From contig JAUYKQ010000027.1 in the NCBI GenBank assembly GCA_030699905.1, positions 1,293 to 65,292 on the forward strand: 64,000 nucleotides of DNA. Direction: 5' to 3'. A program made the position numbers and the translations under genes. Shown in pieces: positions 8,115-17,497 of this stretch. The notes beneath the pieces were generated by a model. The model was not told the origin of the DNA. It saw only the letters and a program-made list of their open reading frames with translations, and ran no database searches. Origin of the DNA: a bacterium. GTDB taxonomy: Bacteria > Patescibacteriota > Minisyncoccia > Phycocordibacterales > GCA-002787175. Each line of letters opens with the position of its first letter. Positions within the stretch are counted from its first letter, which is position 1.

Positions 8115-9083
8115 TTGCGAAATGCGGCAGAAATCGGAATTTATGCTATAATAGCGGAAATGAAAGGCGTTTTCCGTAAAATGTTTACGGTGCAAAATAT
8201 CTCGCTTTTTCTGTGTGCCTTGGTTTTTGCTTCGGCCTCGCTATTTTGGGGAGAGCATAAGAGGGTGGGATTGGCAAAAGAGCTGGCCGAAAAATCAGAA
8301 AATGAAAGGCAAGAGTTCGCTTCCTCCACTGAAAAGCTCATGACGCAAGTTATTGAACTTGAAGGAGAAATCACGGCCACCCGTCAGGACAATTCCATTT
8401 TGGCAAATCTTTTGCGAGCCGAACAAACGCAGACAGGCATGTTTAAAGAACAAATAGACAGAATAGCCGGCACTGTCGGTTCTTTGGACAAGTTAAGCAA
8501 TCTTGACCCCGAGCTTCTTCATAAGTATTCAAAAGTATATTTTCTGAACGAACATTACGAGCCGGAAGGGCTTTACGCAATCCCGCCGGAGTTTGCGTTT
8601 GACGAGAAGCAGATGCAAATCCATGTCAAGGTTTGGCCGTATTTGGAAGGGCTTTTGAACTCGGCCAAGCAAGACGGTTTGAATCTTTCGGTTATCTCCG
8701 CCTTTCGCTCTTTTGATACCCAGTCATCTTTGAAATCATTTTACAAAGTGGTTTATGGGGCGGGGACAGCCAATCAGTTTAGCGCCGACCAAGGGTATTC
8801 CGAACATCAGCTCGGTACGGCTGTTGATTTCACTAACCTTCAAATGGGGGCCAGTTTTTCCGGCTTTGAAAATTCGTCTGAATATGAGTGGCTAAAGCAA
8901 AATGCCTACAAATACGGTTTCGCGCTTTCTTATCCGGAAAATAATTCATATTACAAATTTGAGCCATGGCACTGGAGGTTTGTGGGCGTTGATTTGGCTC
9001 ATAGATTAAAAAGGGAAAATAAAAACTTTTACGAACTTGAGCAACGCGAAATAGACAGATTTCTTTTGGTGATTTTTGATTAG
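8115..9083 (+). CDS. Peptidase M15 (VanY-like D-Ala-D-Ala carboxypeptidase) with an N-terminal TM and coiled coil. The start may instead be at 8160 or 8181.
   Basis: SEHQLGTAVDF motif (matching SxHxxGxAxD) and a downstream D...H. The N-terminal hydrophobic segment suggests a membrane anchor. Confidence 0.65.
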   Translation: MRNAAEIGIYAIIAEMKGVFRKMFTVQNISLFLCALVFASASLFWGEHKRVGLAKELAEKSENERQEFASSTEKLMTQVIELEGEITATRQDNSILANLLRAEQTQTGMFKEQIDRIAGTVGSLDKLSNLDPELLHKYSKVYFLNEHYEPEGLYAIPPEFAFDEKQMQIHVKVWPYLEGLLNSAKQDGLNLSVISAFRSFDTQSSLKSFYKVVYGAGTANQFSADQGYSEHQLGTAVDFTNLQMGASFSGFENSSEYEWLKQNAYKYGFALSYPENNSYYKFEPWHWRFVGVDLAHRLKRENKNFYELEQREIDRFLLVIFD

Positions 9084-9145
9084 CTGCTTTGGGGATTTGC
9101 GCTAAAAGATTTTGAGTTTCGTAATTAAAAGCACAGAACAATCAA

Positions 9146-9550
9146 ATGAAAAGATTTTTCGTAACAATACTTATTTTGTTTTTCGCCGGCGTATCGGTCT
9201 TCGGTGTTTATAATGTCGGGGAGAGGGGCTGGCAAAACGTGGGTTGTATTAACGCTTTGCTAAAAGGGGAAAAATGCCCACAGGGTAACGTTTCGGAATT
9301 TCTAAATTTTCACTTCGGCGCTTCAAAGATATTTTCAACGGCTGTTTTTACAGCCGGTGTTTTGGTTTTGGCGATTTTCCTTTTATTGGCTTTTGCGGTG
9401 GATCGTTTTTTAAAAAACACTTCAGGCAAGCTTTTGGCGGTTTTTATCTTTGTCAGAAAACGCTTTCAAGAGCCGTTCATAAAATCAGAATACAGAGACA
9501 AGTTTACTTACTGGCTATCTCTTCTTGAGAACAGCCCCTCTTCTCTCTGA
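9146..9550 (+). CDS. Small 2-TM membrane protein with a Cys pair in its extracytoplasmic loop (GCINALLKGEKCPQG)
   Basis: ORF with two hydrophobic helices. It sits upstream of a CcdA-like gene and a thioredoxin-like gene. Confidence 0.45.
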   Translation: MKRFFVTILILFFAGVSVFGVYNVGERGWQNVGCINALLKGEKCPQGNVSEFLNFHFGASKIFSTAVFTAGVLVLAIFLLLAFAVDRFLKNTSGKLLAVFIFVRKRFQEPFIKSEYRDKFTYWLSLLENSPSSL

Positions 9551-9659
9551 AGCGCGAATCTGCAAGCACTTTTTGTCTGCTTCTTTTTCGCGCAAAAACC
9601 CTCAAAGGGGTTTTTCCTTATCAATCAACTTCCGTCAGTTGTAACTATTAACTTAAAAA

Positions 9660-10445
9660 ATGATTATTAAAAAAAATTGGATTCTCGTCGGTTTGGCGGT
9701 TTTGATTTTGGGCGCCGTCATGTTGTTGCGGTTTGGAAACCTCGGCGCGAGTTTGGTGGGGAATTTAAGCAGTCAAGGAAATTGGCTTTTGCCGGTTGTC
9801 GGCGTTGCCGCTCTTATTGACAGCGTAAACCCGTGCGCTTTCGGTATTTTGGTTTTAACCATCGCCTTTCTGTTCTCAATCGGCAAAGGCAGGGCGGGAA
9901 TAATGAAAATCGGGGCTACTTACATTGCCGGCCTTTTCACTGTTTACGTTCTTATCGGACTGGGCATTTTGCAAGCTCTTTACTTTTTCAACACTCCGCA
10001 TTTTATGGCTAAAGTGGGGGCAGTTATTCTCATTGCTCTTGGAGTGGTGAATCTCATAAACGAGTATTATCCGGCCTTTCCGTTAAAATTCCGAATTCCG
10101 CGTTTCATCCACGGTAAAGTTGCCGAACTTGTAAATCGCGCCTCTTTACCCACGGCTTTTCTTTTGGGAGCTTTGGTCGGACTGTTTGAGTTCCCATGCA
10201 CGGGCGGGCCTTATCTTATGGTTCTGGGACTGCTTCATGACCAAGGGACATATTTGACAGGAATTGGGTATCTTTTGTTATACAATTTAATTTTCGTCCT
10301 GCCCCTTGTCGTTATCCTGCTCATTGCCTCGGACAAGACCCTTGCCCAAAAAGTGGAAAAGTGGAAAAAATCTGAAACGGGCAATATGAAGTTCTTGGGA
10401 GGGATTGCCATGATTATTCTGGGTTTGATTATCTTTATTCTTTAA
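9660..10445 (+). CDS. ccdA: CcdA/DsbD-family thiol:disulfide interchange membrane protein
   Basis: Two conserved in-membrane cysteines (VNPCAFGIL and FPCTGGPYL) in a six-TM protein. Confidence 0.7.
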   Translation: MIIKKNWILVGLAVLILGAVMLLRFGNLGASLVGNLSSQGNWLLPVVGVAALIDSVNPCAFGILVLTIAFLFSIGKGRAGIMKIGATYIAGLFTVYVLIGLGILQALYFFNTPHFMAKVGAVILIALGVVNLINEYYPAFPLKFRIPRFIHGKVAELVNRASLPTAFLLGALVGLFEFPCTGGPYLMVLGLLHDQGTYLTGIGYLLLYNLIFVLPLVVILLIASDKTLAQKVEKWKKSETGNMKFLGGIAMIILGLIIFIL

Positions 10446-10454
10446 CAAAAAATT

Positions 10455-10976
10455 ATGTTTACAAAAGAAAAATTTCAAGAAATTACTCGTAAAATTCAAA
10501 AGATGAAAGCCGAAGGCGCGGTTGACCTTTCAACGGAAGAGGACTTGAGCATTGCCGTTATGAACCTCATAAGTTTGGAAGAACATTTTTTCTTTACCGG
10601 CGTGAAGACCAAAAAAACAGAATATTTTGATTTTTTAGACGAGGTGCGGAAAATCAGGACGGAACTTCTGGCCAAAATGATGGATAAAAACGAAGGAGAG
10701 ACATGGTGCATATCCAAGCATCTGCTCGCGACCACTATGCGTATTATTGAAGTCGGCACAAAGCTTTACTCGGACGGCAAACGCGCGGAAGCGGAAGAAA
10801 TGTTTGAGCGAGCCCACAACACGTATTCCATGTTTTGGGCGCTTCGGCTCAAGCTCATTGACACTGCCGGATTCAAAAAAGCGGCGGCAGAAGAAAAACC
10901 GTGGACTTACCAAGATATCGTGAGCAAGCTCGTTGACTGCTGTGATGAAAAACAACCAAAAAATAAATTATCATGA
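10455..10976 (+). CDS. Hypothetical protein
   Basis: Compositionally normal ORF. No motif recognised. Confidence 0.4.
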   Translation: MFTKEKFQEITRKIQKMKAEGAVDLSTEEDLSIAVMNLISLEEHFFFTGVKTKKTEYFDFLDEVRKIRTELLAKMMDKNEGETWCISKHLLATTMRIIEVGTKLYSDGKRAEAEEMFERAHNTYSMFWALRLKLIDTAGFKKAAAEEKPWTYQDIVSKLVDCCDEKQPKNKLS

Positions 10977-11335
10977 ACAACAAATACTTTGTTTTGGCAT
11001 GCGCTGTCGCTTTCGTAGGAGTAACATTTTACTTTGGTTCCGGCACTACCGGTAGAGAGGCGATAGAAGACCTGCTTCCTTTTGCCCAATGTCTGGCGGA
11101 AAAGGAGGTAACCATGTATGGGGCAGCGTGGTGCGCGCATTGCCAAAACGAGAAAAAAAGATTCGGCGATTCATTTGACGCGGTTCCCTATGTGGAGTGT
11201 CCCGATAATCCGCAAGTTTGTCTGGACAAGGAAATAGAGGGTTATCCGACTTGGATTTTGCCGGACGGCAGGAAGCTCTTGGGAGAGCAAGGTCTTGAAA
11301 AACTGGCGAAAGAAAGCGGTTGTCCGTTGCCGTAA
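10973..11335 (+). CDS. Secreted thioredoxin-like thiol-disulfide oxidoreductase
   Basis: N-terminal signal/TM segment and a WCAHCQ CxxC active-site motif. Confidence 0.65.
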   Translation: MNNKYFVLACAVAFVGVTFYFGSGTTGREAIEDLLPFAQCLAEKEVTMYGAAWCAHCQNEKKRFGDSFDAVPYVECPDNPQVCLDKEIEGYPTWILPDGRKLLGEQGLEKLAKESGCPLP

Positions 11336-11394
11336 GTGGAAAGTGGAAAGTCGGGCATTTGAATTTGTTCTACCGTATCTGTTATTATTATGGA

Positions 11395-11616
11395 ATGAGA
11401 ATATTTGTATCAGCCAAACCGAAATCCAAAAACGAAAAAGTTGAGAAAACAGACGATAGCCACTTTACCGTGTGGGTCAAAGAGCCGCCGGAAGGAGGAA
11501 AAGCCAATAGAGCAGTAGCCAAAGCCCTTGGCGGTTTTTTGGGGGTGGGTGTGTCAGGGTTGGCTTTGGTATCAGGCCATGGTGGCAGACAAAAGGTCTT
11601 TGAATTGCTAAAATGA
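11395..11616 (+). CDS. DUF167 (YggU/UPF0235)-family protein
   Basis: VWVKEPPEGGKANRAVAKALGGFLGV...VSGHGGRQKVFEL matches the DUF167 signature (GKAN...SG.TSR.K). The ORF-track start at 11320 is probably too far upstream; the MRIF start at 11395 is preferred. Confidence 0.6.
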   Translation: MRIFVSAKPKSKNEKVEKTDDSHFTVWVKEPPEGGKANRAVAKALGGFLGVGVSGLALVSGHGGRQKVFELLK

Positions 11617-11673
11617 AAAAAGAGTTTTACTGTTATTTCAGACGCTTCCGTCTTTGGCGTATTGTGGTAAAAT

Positions 11674-12078
11674 ATGAGCATGGAACCTAAAGTAAATTTA
11701 AAGATTACAAATATCAATCTTTCTTCCGAGGACAGAGGATATTTTTTCAAACGACTGTCCGCTCTCTCAAAGGTTTTGGATTTCGGCGATCCGACTTTGA
11801 TAATAGACGCGGAGCTTGGGAAAACGACCAACCGTCACCAAAAAGGCGATATATTTTTTTCGGAGATAAATGTAAATTTCGCTCACAATAAATTCCGGTC
11901 ACGAGTGGAAAAAGACGACTTGAAATCGGCTATAGACGAAAGCAAAGAGGAGATACTAAACGAACTTAGTCGCAACAAATCCAAAAATATTTCACTCTTG
12001 CGTCGCGGTGGTCAGCGACTGAAAGCTCTTGTAAAGGGACTGTATGGCAGAAGGTGGAAGCCATGGAAAAGAAAGTGA
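11674..12078 (+). CDS. Possible ribosome hibernation-promoting factor (HPF/RaiA-like)
   Basis: Size and pattern (LKITNINLSSEDRGYFFKRLSALSKVLDF...IIDAEL...) resemble the sigma54-modulation/HPF fold. Weak. Confidence 0.4.
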   Translation: MSMEPKVNLKITNINLSSEDRGYFFKRLSALSKVLDFGDPTLIIDAELGKTTNRHQKGDIFFSEINVNFAHNKFRSRVEKDDLKSAIDESKEEILNELSRNKSKNISLLRRGGQRLKALVKGLYGRRWKPWKRK

Positions 12079-12797
12079 TAAAAACGGCCAAAGCAAATAA
12101 AGAAATGAATAAAAACGCAATAATTCTCGTCCTAATACTTGTCGCCGCGCTGGCTGTTATTTGGGGCGCTTCGTATTTTTTCAGAACTTCGGAAAAAAAT
12201 GACAGCCACCTTCCGACCGGAGGAATACGCGCGTCCAAACTTTATTCCGGAGCCACTTTAAAAACCAACAAAGGAGACATTACCATTGAGTTTCTGTCAA
12301 GAAACGCGCCCAAGACGGTTTCAAATTTCATAAAACTGGCTGAGTCGGGATTCTATGATGGCGTTAAATTTCACCGCGTTGACCCTGGATTTATGATACA
12401 GGGAGGAGACCCGTTAACCAAAGACGAAAGTAAAAAAGACAGATGGGGAACAGGCGACCCCGGATATAAATTCAACGACGAAATAAACTGGCAGTCGCTT
12501 GGCATTCCGGTTAACGATCAGGCACTTCTTCGGGGAGGGTACTCTTCGGTTCCTGGAATAGAGTCCGTGCGACTTACGCGTGGAATTATGGCAATGGCCA
12601 ACTCCGGCCCCAACACAAACGGAAGCCAATTTTTCATAATAACCGCCTCCGAGACGCCGTGGTTAAACGGCAAGCATACCGGTTTTGCAAGGGTAACCAA
12701 TGGCATGGAAGTGGTGGACGCGATAAGTAAAGTTGGCCGAGATGTAAGAGAAGCCCCGATAGAGCCGGTTGTCATTGAAAAAGTGACTTTGCATTAA
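12054..12797 (+). CDS. ppiB: Cyclophilin-type peptidyl-prolyl cis-trans isomerase with an N-terminal membrane anchor
   Basis: FHRVDPGFMIQGGDP and NTNGSQFFIIT motifs. Confidence 0.9.
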   Translation: MEAMEKKVIKTAKANKEMNKNAIILVLILVAALAVIWGASYFFRTSEKNDSHLPTGGIRASKLYSGATLKTNKGDITIEFLSRNAPKTVSNFIKLAESGFYDGVKFHRVDPGFMIQGGDPLTKDESKKDRWGTGDPGYKFNDEINWQSLGIPVNDQALLRGGYSSVPGIESVRLTRGIMAMANSGPNTNGSQFFIITASETPWLNGKHTGFARVTNGMEVVDAISKVGRDVREAPIEPVVIEKVTLH

Positions 12798-12852
12798 AAT
12801 ACTTTGAATTCTTGAATTATTGTGAATTACGAAAAACGACAAGCCCCTGCCG

Positions 12853-13707
12853 TCAGATGCTCCGGTTTAAATTTGTCATAAAGTCCTGAAAGTTGGTTTC
12901 TTTTTTTCCTTCCGGTACGACACGAAGGATTTTCAAAGTGTTATCCAGCCACTTGGCCGAAGTGATTTTAACTCTTATTCTTTTGTCGCTTTTCATTACA
13001 AAAAAGAACGCGGGCGCGGAACCTGCGTGTGCTTGAATTTTAAGGAAATTTTTGCGTGAGTCGGCGTTTAAGTCAATTTCCGCGTTTTCTTTTTCAAGTT
13101 TCTTTGTGTAAGTGGCTCTCAAGTCATCTTGAGGAGACGGTTTCAAATGGCCGTTTAAATAATCTGGCAAAATTTCAACAAGCAGTTTCGCTCCTTCTTT
13201 AGCCAGTTCCGCTTCCAATTCAGGCGCCGCCGGCCACTCTTTGACGGTGTGCTTTTTTTCCGCTAAAATCGGTCCGGTATCAACCCCCTGTTCCATGAGC
13301 ATGATCGTCACTCCGGTATTTTTATCATCATTCAAAATAGCGCCGGAAACCGGTGAGGGACCTCTGTATTTTGGCAAAAGAGAGGGGTGAATGTTTAAGG
13401 CGCCGTATTTCGGGATTTCTAAAAGTTTTTCTCTTAAAATTTTCCCGAACGAAGCCACAATAAACAATTGACAGCCGGAAGATGACAAATGATTTTCCAA
13501 AGAGGCGTCCATCTTGTTCGGTTGGATGTATGAAATGCCGTTCTTCTCGGCCCAAACTTTCACCGGTGGCGGTGAAAGTTTCAGATGTCTGCCTTTGGGC
13601 CTATCTGGCGCTGTAACTATAATTACGGGCAGAAGGCCCGCTGTTTTCAGCTCTTCAAGCGCGGTTGTGGAAAAGTTGTCGGTACCGAAAAAAACAAAGG
13701 AAATCAT
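12853..13707 (-). CDS. fmt: Methionyl-tRNA formyltransferase
   Basis: N-terminal FFGTDNFS. Formyltransferase core ALNIHPSLLPKYRGPSP. Adjacent to def. Confidence 0.9.
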   Translation of the reverse strand: MISFVFFGTDNFSTTALEELKTAGLLPVIIVTAPDRPKGRHLKLSPPPVKVWAEKNGISYIQPNKMDASLENHLSSSGCQLFIVASFGKILREKLLEIPKYGALNIHPSLLPKYRGPSPVSGAILNDDKNTGVTIMLMEQGVDTGPILAEKKHTVKEWPAAPELEAELAKEGAKLLVEILPDYLNGHLKPSPQDDLRATYTKKLEKENAEIDLNADSRKNFLKIQAHAGSAPAFFFVMKSDKRIRVKITSAKWLDNTLKILRVVPEGKKETNFQDFMTNLNRSI

Positions 13708-13785
13708 ATTCGCAATAAATATTCGTTATGTTTTATAAGGAGAAACAGGAGGTTTTCGGGCTAAGGATTGGATATGGCATAAACG

Positions 13786-14343
13786 TCAATATGTTTTTAA
13801 ATTTCTTTCAGGAGGCATTTCTCTAATGTCCGTGGCGCTGTCAATGAAAAGTTTTCCTTCCAAATGGTCCATTTCGTGCTGAAATATTTCAGCCACAAGT
13901 CCGGACGCTCCTCGCGTAAATTTTTTGCCGTCTTCGTCGTATGCTTCTACTGTGGTTTTTTTTGAGCGTTTTATTCTGCCGTATGCCCAACGTACGGAAA
14001 GACATCCCTCTTCCATAAAATGGGTTTCTTTGGAAATTTTGACAATACGCGGATTTATGAAAACCAAGTTTCCGGTTTTTACTGTTTTGGATTTTCGCAG
14101 TTCTTCTCTTCTTTGATGTATATCTTCGGACAGGTCAAAGGCCTTTTCAGAAATTATAAAAATGCGAAGCGATACCCCTATTTGCGGAGCGGCAAGTCCC
14201 ACCCCGTCCTCCTCGGCATCCAAAACTTCTTTCATCTTTTTTATCGTTTCCTTGATGCGCGGTTTTGTTATATCCGAAACGGGTATTTCTTTCGCCACTT
14301 GCCTTAATACCGGATTATCTCTGTCCACGATTTTAACGGCCAT
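13786..14343 (-). CDS. def: Peptide deformylase
   Basis: GLAAPQIG, EGCLSV and HEMDHLEG motifs. The start is probably MAVKIV (14343) rather than the upstream ATG. Confidence 0.9.
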   Translation of the reverse strand: MAVKIVDRDNPVLRQVAKEIPVSDITKPRIKETIKKMKEVLDAEEDGVGLAAPQIGVSLRIFIISEKAFDLSEDIHQRREELRKSKTVKTGNLVFINPRIVKISKETHFMEEGCLSVRWAYGRIKRSKKTTVEAYDEDGKKFTRGASGLVAEIFQHEMDHLEGKLFIDSATDIREMPPERNLKTY

Positions 14344-14436
14344 AAAGTAATTATACCTCAAAATTCAGACGTTTAAAAGTTCCTTGATTATTGACTTCAA
14401 CTGTTTTTTAGGGTAGTGTTTTTTTAGGAGAACATT

Positions 14437-15183
14437 ATGATGAAAGATAGAAAAATTGTACAAAGAAATGAACAGCAAAACGGCCATCGCGTGAATGTGA
14501 ATAAAAACGGACGAGCAAAGCAGAAAATTATAGTTGCCGAACCTTTTTTAATTACCGCTCTATGTCTGGCAAAATTGGTGGAGGACGAGTTTGGGTACGA
14601 GACGGTAGTGCTGACAAATTCATCTGAAATAATTCACGCGGTTAGGGAGTCAAGTCCGAAACTTTTGATCACCGAGTTCATGTTCATGTTTGGGGAAAAA
14701 GGGGGTATAGGAATGGCGGCATTACTCGGTACGCTAAAGGCGGAATTTCCAAAACTTCCTTCCCTTGTCCTGTCTTCCGCGCCGGAGAGAATCTTCGCTT
14801 TGCGATGTTTAGAGTGGGGCGCCAAAGGTTATCTCCACAAGAGCGTTTCCAAGGAAACGCTCTTTGAGGGAATAGGAGCCGTTCTTGCCGGCAATAGTTT
14901 TGTGAGTAAAACTGTTAACACCCTTTTGCTCCAAAGCATTGGAGCGGGCTCTAAAGATAATCTGGTTGCAAAATTGTCTCCCAGAGAGGCAGAAGTTCTG
15001 GCTTCTGTCAGTCAATGTCTCAGTCCGGCTCAAATCGCGGAGAGTTTGTCTCTGTCGGTGAAAACCGTGGAGTGCTACTTGGGGAATATTAAAATGAAGC
15101 TCGGCTTTAAAAATGCCGGAGAACTAAGAAAGTTCGCTGGGTTCTTTGTGAATTCGGGGCAAAATTCTGGGCAAGTCGACTGA
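14437..15183 (+). CDS. LuxR/NarL-family transcriptional regulator with an atypical receiver domain
   Basis: C-terminal helix-turn-helix (LSPREAEVLASVSQCLSPAQIAESLSLSVKTVECYLGNIKMKLG). Receiver-like N-terminus in which the expected phospho-acceptor Asp position reads LLITEFMF (Glu) and the acidic pair reads AEP. Confidence 0.7.
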   Translation: MMKDRKIVQRNEQQNGHRVNVNKNGRAKQKIIVAEPFLITALCLAKLVEDEFGYETVVLTNSSEIIHAVRESSPKLLITEFMFMFGEKGGIGMAALLGTLKAEFPKLPSLVLSSAPERIFALRCLEWGAKGYLHKSVSKETLFEGIGAVLAGNSFVSKTVNTLLLQSIGAGSKDNLVAKLSPREAEVLASVSQCLSPAQIAESLSLSVKTVECYLGNIKMKLGFKNAGELRKFAGFFVNSGQNSGQVD

Positions 15184-15232
15184 CAACTATAGAGTTAAAA
15201 TCTCAAAACACCTCGCCTGACGGGGTGTTTTT

Positions 15233-17158
15233 TCATAAAAGCGTTTCGGGGTCTACGTTTATGGAAAATGCCGGCGGTAGAGAAAGCAGTTTCCGTGAAA
15301 GTTCTTCGTCAATCCAGTTCTTTTTCGGTATTTTTACAAGCGCGTGCATTGTGTATGCTTTGGCTTCTTCGCCCTGATTCCATGCCGGAAAAGACACGGC
15401 ATCCCATTTGTTCAAAAGTTTTTCCGCTTCTTTTATTTGCGAAACAACCGCGTCTTTTTTTCCGGAAAGCGATATTTTGATAAGCGTGGAAAAAGGAGGA
15501 TAACCGAATTCTTCTCTTTCTTTTATCTCCTCTTTATAAAAGTCAAGAAGGTTACCGGAAAGACCCTGTTCCAAAACCGGTTGAATTCCCATGCGTGTCT
15601 GCAAAATAAATTTTTTGGTTGGAATCTCTCGCACTCTCAAAAGCAAATGCAGGACTCTTTCGTTGGTGCGGAAATCAGGCAGAGAAAAGAGAGAATCAAA
15701 AGAAGCTATGGCGGCGTTAGCGAGCGAATGTGAACGCAGATAAGGCAAAGCTTTCTCGGTGCCCAAAAGCACGCTTCCGGGTGAGGATGTGAAGTTTTTA
15801 AGTATCTCCTGTGACTTTTTAACTGTGTTAGCCGTGTCGCTGTCAAACCGAAAAACTTTTATTTCAGGAATCTGTTCATTTATTTCTTCGGCTACTCTTT
15901 CTATGCCAACTCCGAGTGGCACCAGTTTCCAAGAGCCACAGTATCCGCATTTTTCCGCAGTTCCTCTTTTTTCTCCGCATTTGTGGCAAATGAAAACACT
16001 TCTTCCTCCCGCTGATTGTTTGTGAAGCACTAAAGGCGTTTGGCACGAAAGGCAGGTAACAAGAGTGCCGCAGTCGCCACAGGAAGTAGTGGAAGAATGT
16101 CCTCGTCTGGAAGTGAATATGAAAGTGTTTTCGCTTTCGTCCTTGCCTTTTCGGATTAATTCAACGAGGTCTTCGCTTAGGACTCTAAATTCTTTGTTTT
16201 TTTCCTTTTGCAAGCTTCTCATGTCCACGACCTGTTGTGCTGAAGTGGTCAGGAAACGAAATTTGAGAGGGGCTATTTCAGGCAGTTCGTGGTCCCTGTA
16301 TCTGGCTATCGTTTCTGTTCTCAATATCGTATCGCCCAAAACCAGCCGTTTATTTCCGGTTTTGCACAAAAGTTCGGCAAAGGTTCTAATGTCTATAAAC
16401 GGCCTTGTCTGCATTTTAAAACTTCGCGAACTTTCTTTCTCAACTATCACGGTGCTTATGTCTCGGCGAGGCAGGCACAAAAAAGCGCCGGTCCCTATTA
16501 TAAGGGAAGAATGTGGCTCCTCTAAGGACGCTCTCCATGCTGATTTAAGCTCTTTTGCCGATAAGTCGCTATGTAAAATGAAAGTATATTTTTCTATGCC
16601 TCGTGGAATATGATCCGCCACTTCTTTGACGTCTTCTATGGTGGGAAGACATAAAAATACAGAGGCGTCTTTGGCAAACTCTTCTCTTATTAAACTTTTG
16701 TAATGGGCGTATCTTTCTTCTCGTTCGCTTTGCAAGACGAATATTTCGTGAGCTCTTTCCGAAGCGACGGACTTCAAGGTTTCAGTTTCCTTCCTTAGCG
16801 GTTTCTCGTTTTTTTTGAGGGAAATTTCTTCAAAAAAAACTTTTGGAAGTATCGCGGACAAAACAGAGCCGGTCGTGGCGACAAAATATTCGGCGGCTTT
16901 TTGGGCGGTTTCCAAAAAGTTTTTGTCCATTATGTTGTCTTTGATTTTTCTCTCCACTTTTTTCATTTTGAAAGAACTGTCTTTTATGGACTGTTTTGCT
17001 TCCGCCACGCTTTCCGTTTCAAAGACCATGGCCGGCGCCATTTTGCCTCTTATAGGCACCTCAACAAGAGTTCCAGGCGTCAAATTTAAAGAGCTCCAGT
17101 AAGAGAGCTTTTCTTTTCCTATGCCGGAAGCTATTGGAATAACGTGGACGAGATTCAT
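15233..17158 (-). CDS. priA: Primosomal protein N' (PriA)-like, with degenerate ATPase motifs
   Basis: N-terminal 3'-DNA-binding-like region and an intact Cys4-type zinc-binding region (CGDCGTLVTCLSCQTPLVLH...ICHKCG...CGYCGS). At the helicase motif I/II positions the sequence reads QSEREERYAHY (no GSGKT) and VIVEKESSRSFK (no DEEH). Confidence 0.6.
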   Translation of the reverse strand: MNLVHVIPIASGIGKEKLSYWSSLNLTPGTLVEVPIRGKMAPAMVFETESVAEAKQSIKDSSFKMKKVERKIKDNIMDKNFLETAQKAAEYFVATTGSVLSAILPKVFFEEISLKKNEKPLRKETETLKSVASERAHEIFVLQSEREERYAHYKSLIREEFAKDASVFLCLPTIEDVKEVADHIPRGIEKYTFILHSDLSAKELKSAWRASLEEPHSSLIIGTGAFLCLPRRDISTVIVEKESSRSFKMQTRPFIDIRTFAELLCKTGNKRLVLGDTILRTETIARYRDHELPEIAPLKFRFLTTSAQQVVDMRSLQKEKNKEFRVLSEDLVELIRKGKDESENTFIFTSRRGHSSTTSCGDCGTLVTCLSCQTPLVLHKQSAGGRSVFICHKCGEKRGTAEKCGYCGSWKLVPLGVGIERVAEEINEQIPEIKVFRFDSDTANTVKKSQEILKNFTSSPGSVLLGTEKALPYLRSHSLANAAIASFDSLFSLPDFRTNERVLHLLLRVREIPTKKFILQTRMGIQPVLEQGLSGNLLDFYKEEIKEREEFGYPPFSTLIKISLSGKKDAVVSQIKEAEKLLNKWDAVSFPAWNQGEEAKAYTMHALVKIPKKNWIDEELSRKLLSLPPAFSINVDPETLL

Positions 17159-17208
17159 TGTTTTGACATATTTTAATTAGGAACTACGCGTTTGGTCTGA
17201 ATTGTATT

Positions 17209-17384
17209 CTCCCTTTTGTAAAGGGGGAGAGAATTTTCAATTTTGCAATTTTCAATTTTCAATCAAATCCCGAAATTTTCAATGCATCAAATTCGTAGTC
17301 AATGTTCGTCCCGCTTTGCTTGTTTCTTTGTTTGAAAATTGATTCATTGAAAATTGATTGAAAATTGCAAAATTGAAAATTCTC
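17209..17384. mobile_element. MITE-like element, family D copy 2, with full ~30 bp terminal inverted repeats
   Basis: Near-identical to 196-352. The ORF-track entry 17279..17488 is an artefact. Confidence 0.75.
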
Positions 17385-17497
17385 TTATCAATGTCCTCGT
17401 GTGACGCAGGGGCGGTGTATTCATACGATATAATCCCATAAATTTGGTAAAATTTCAATTTTTGAAAAAGCTCCGATATAGCGTACAATGTGCCTAC

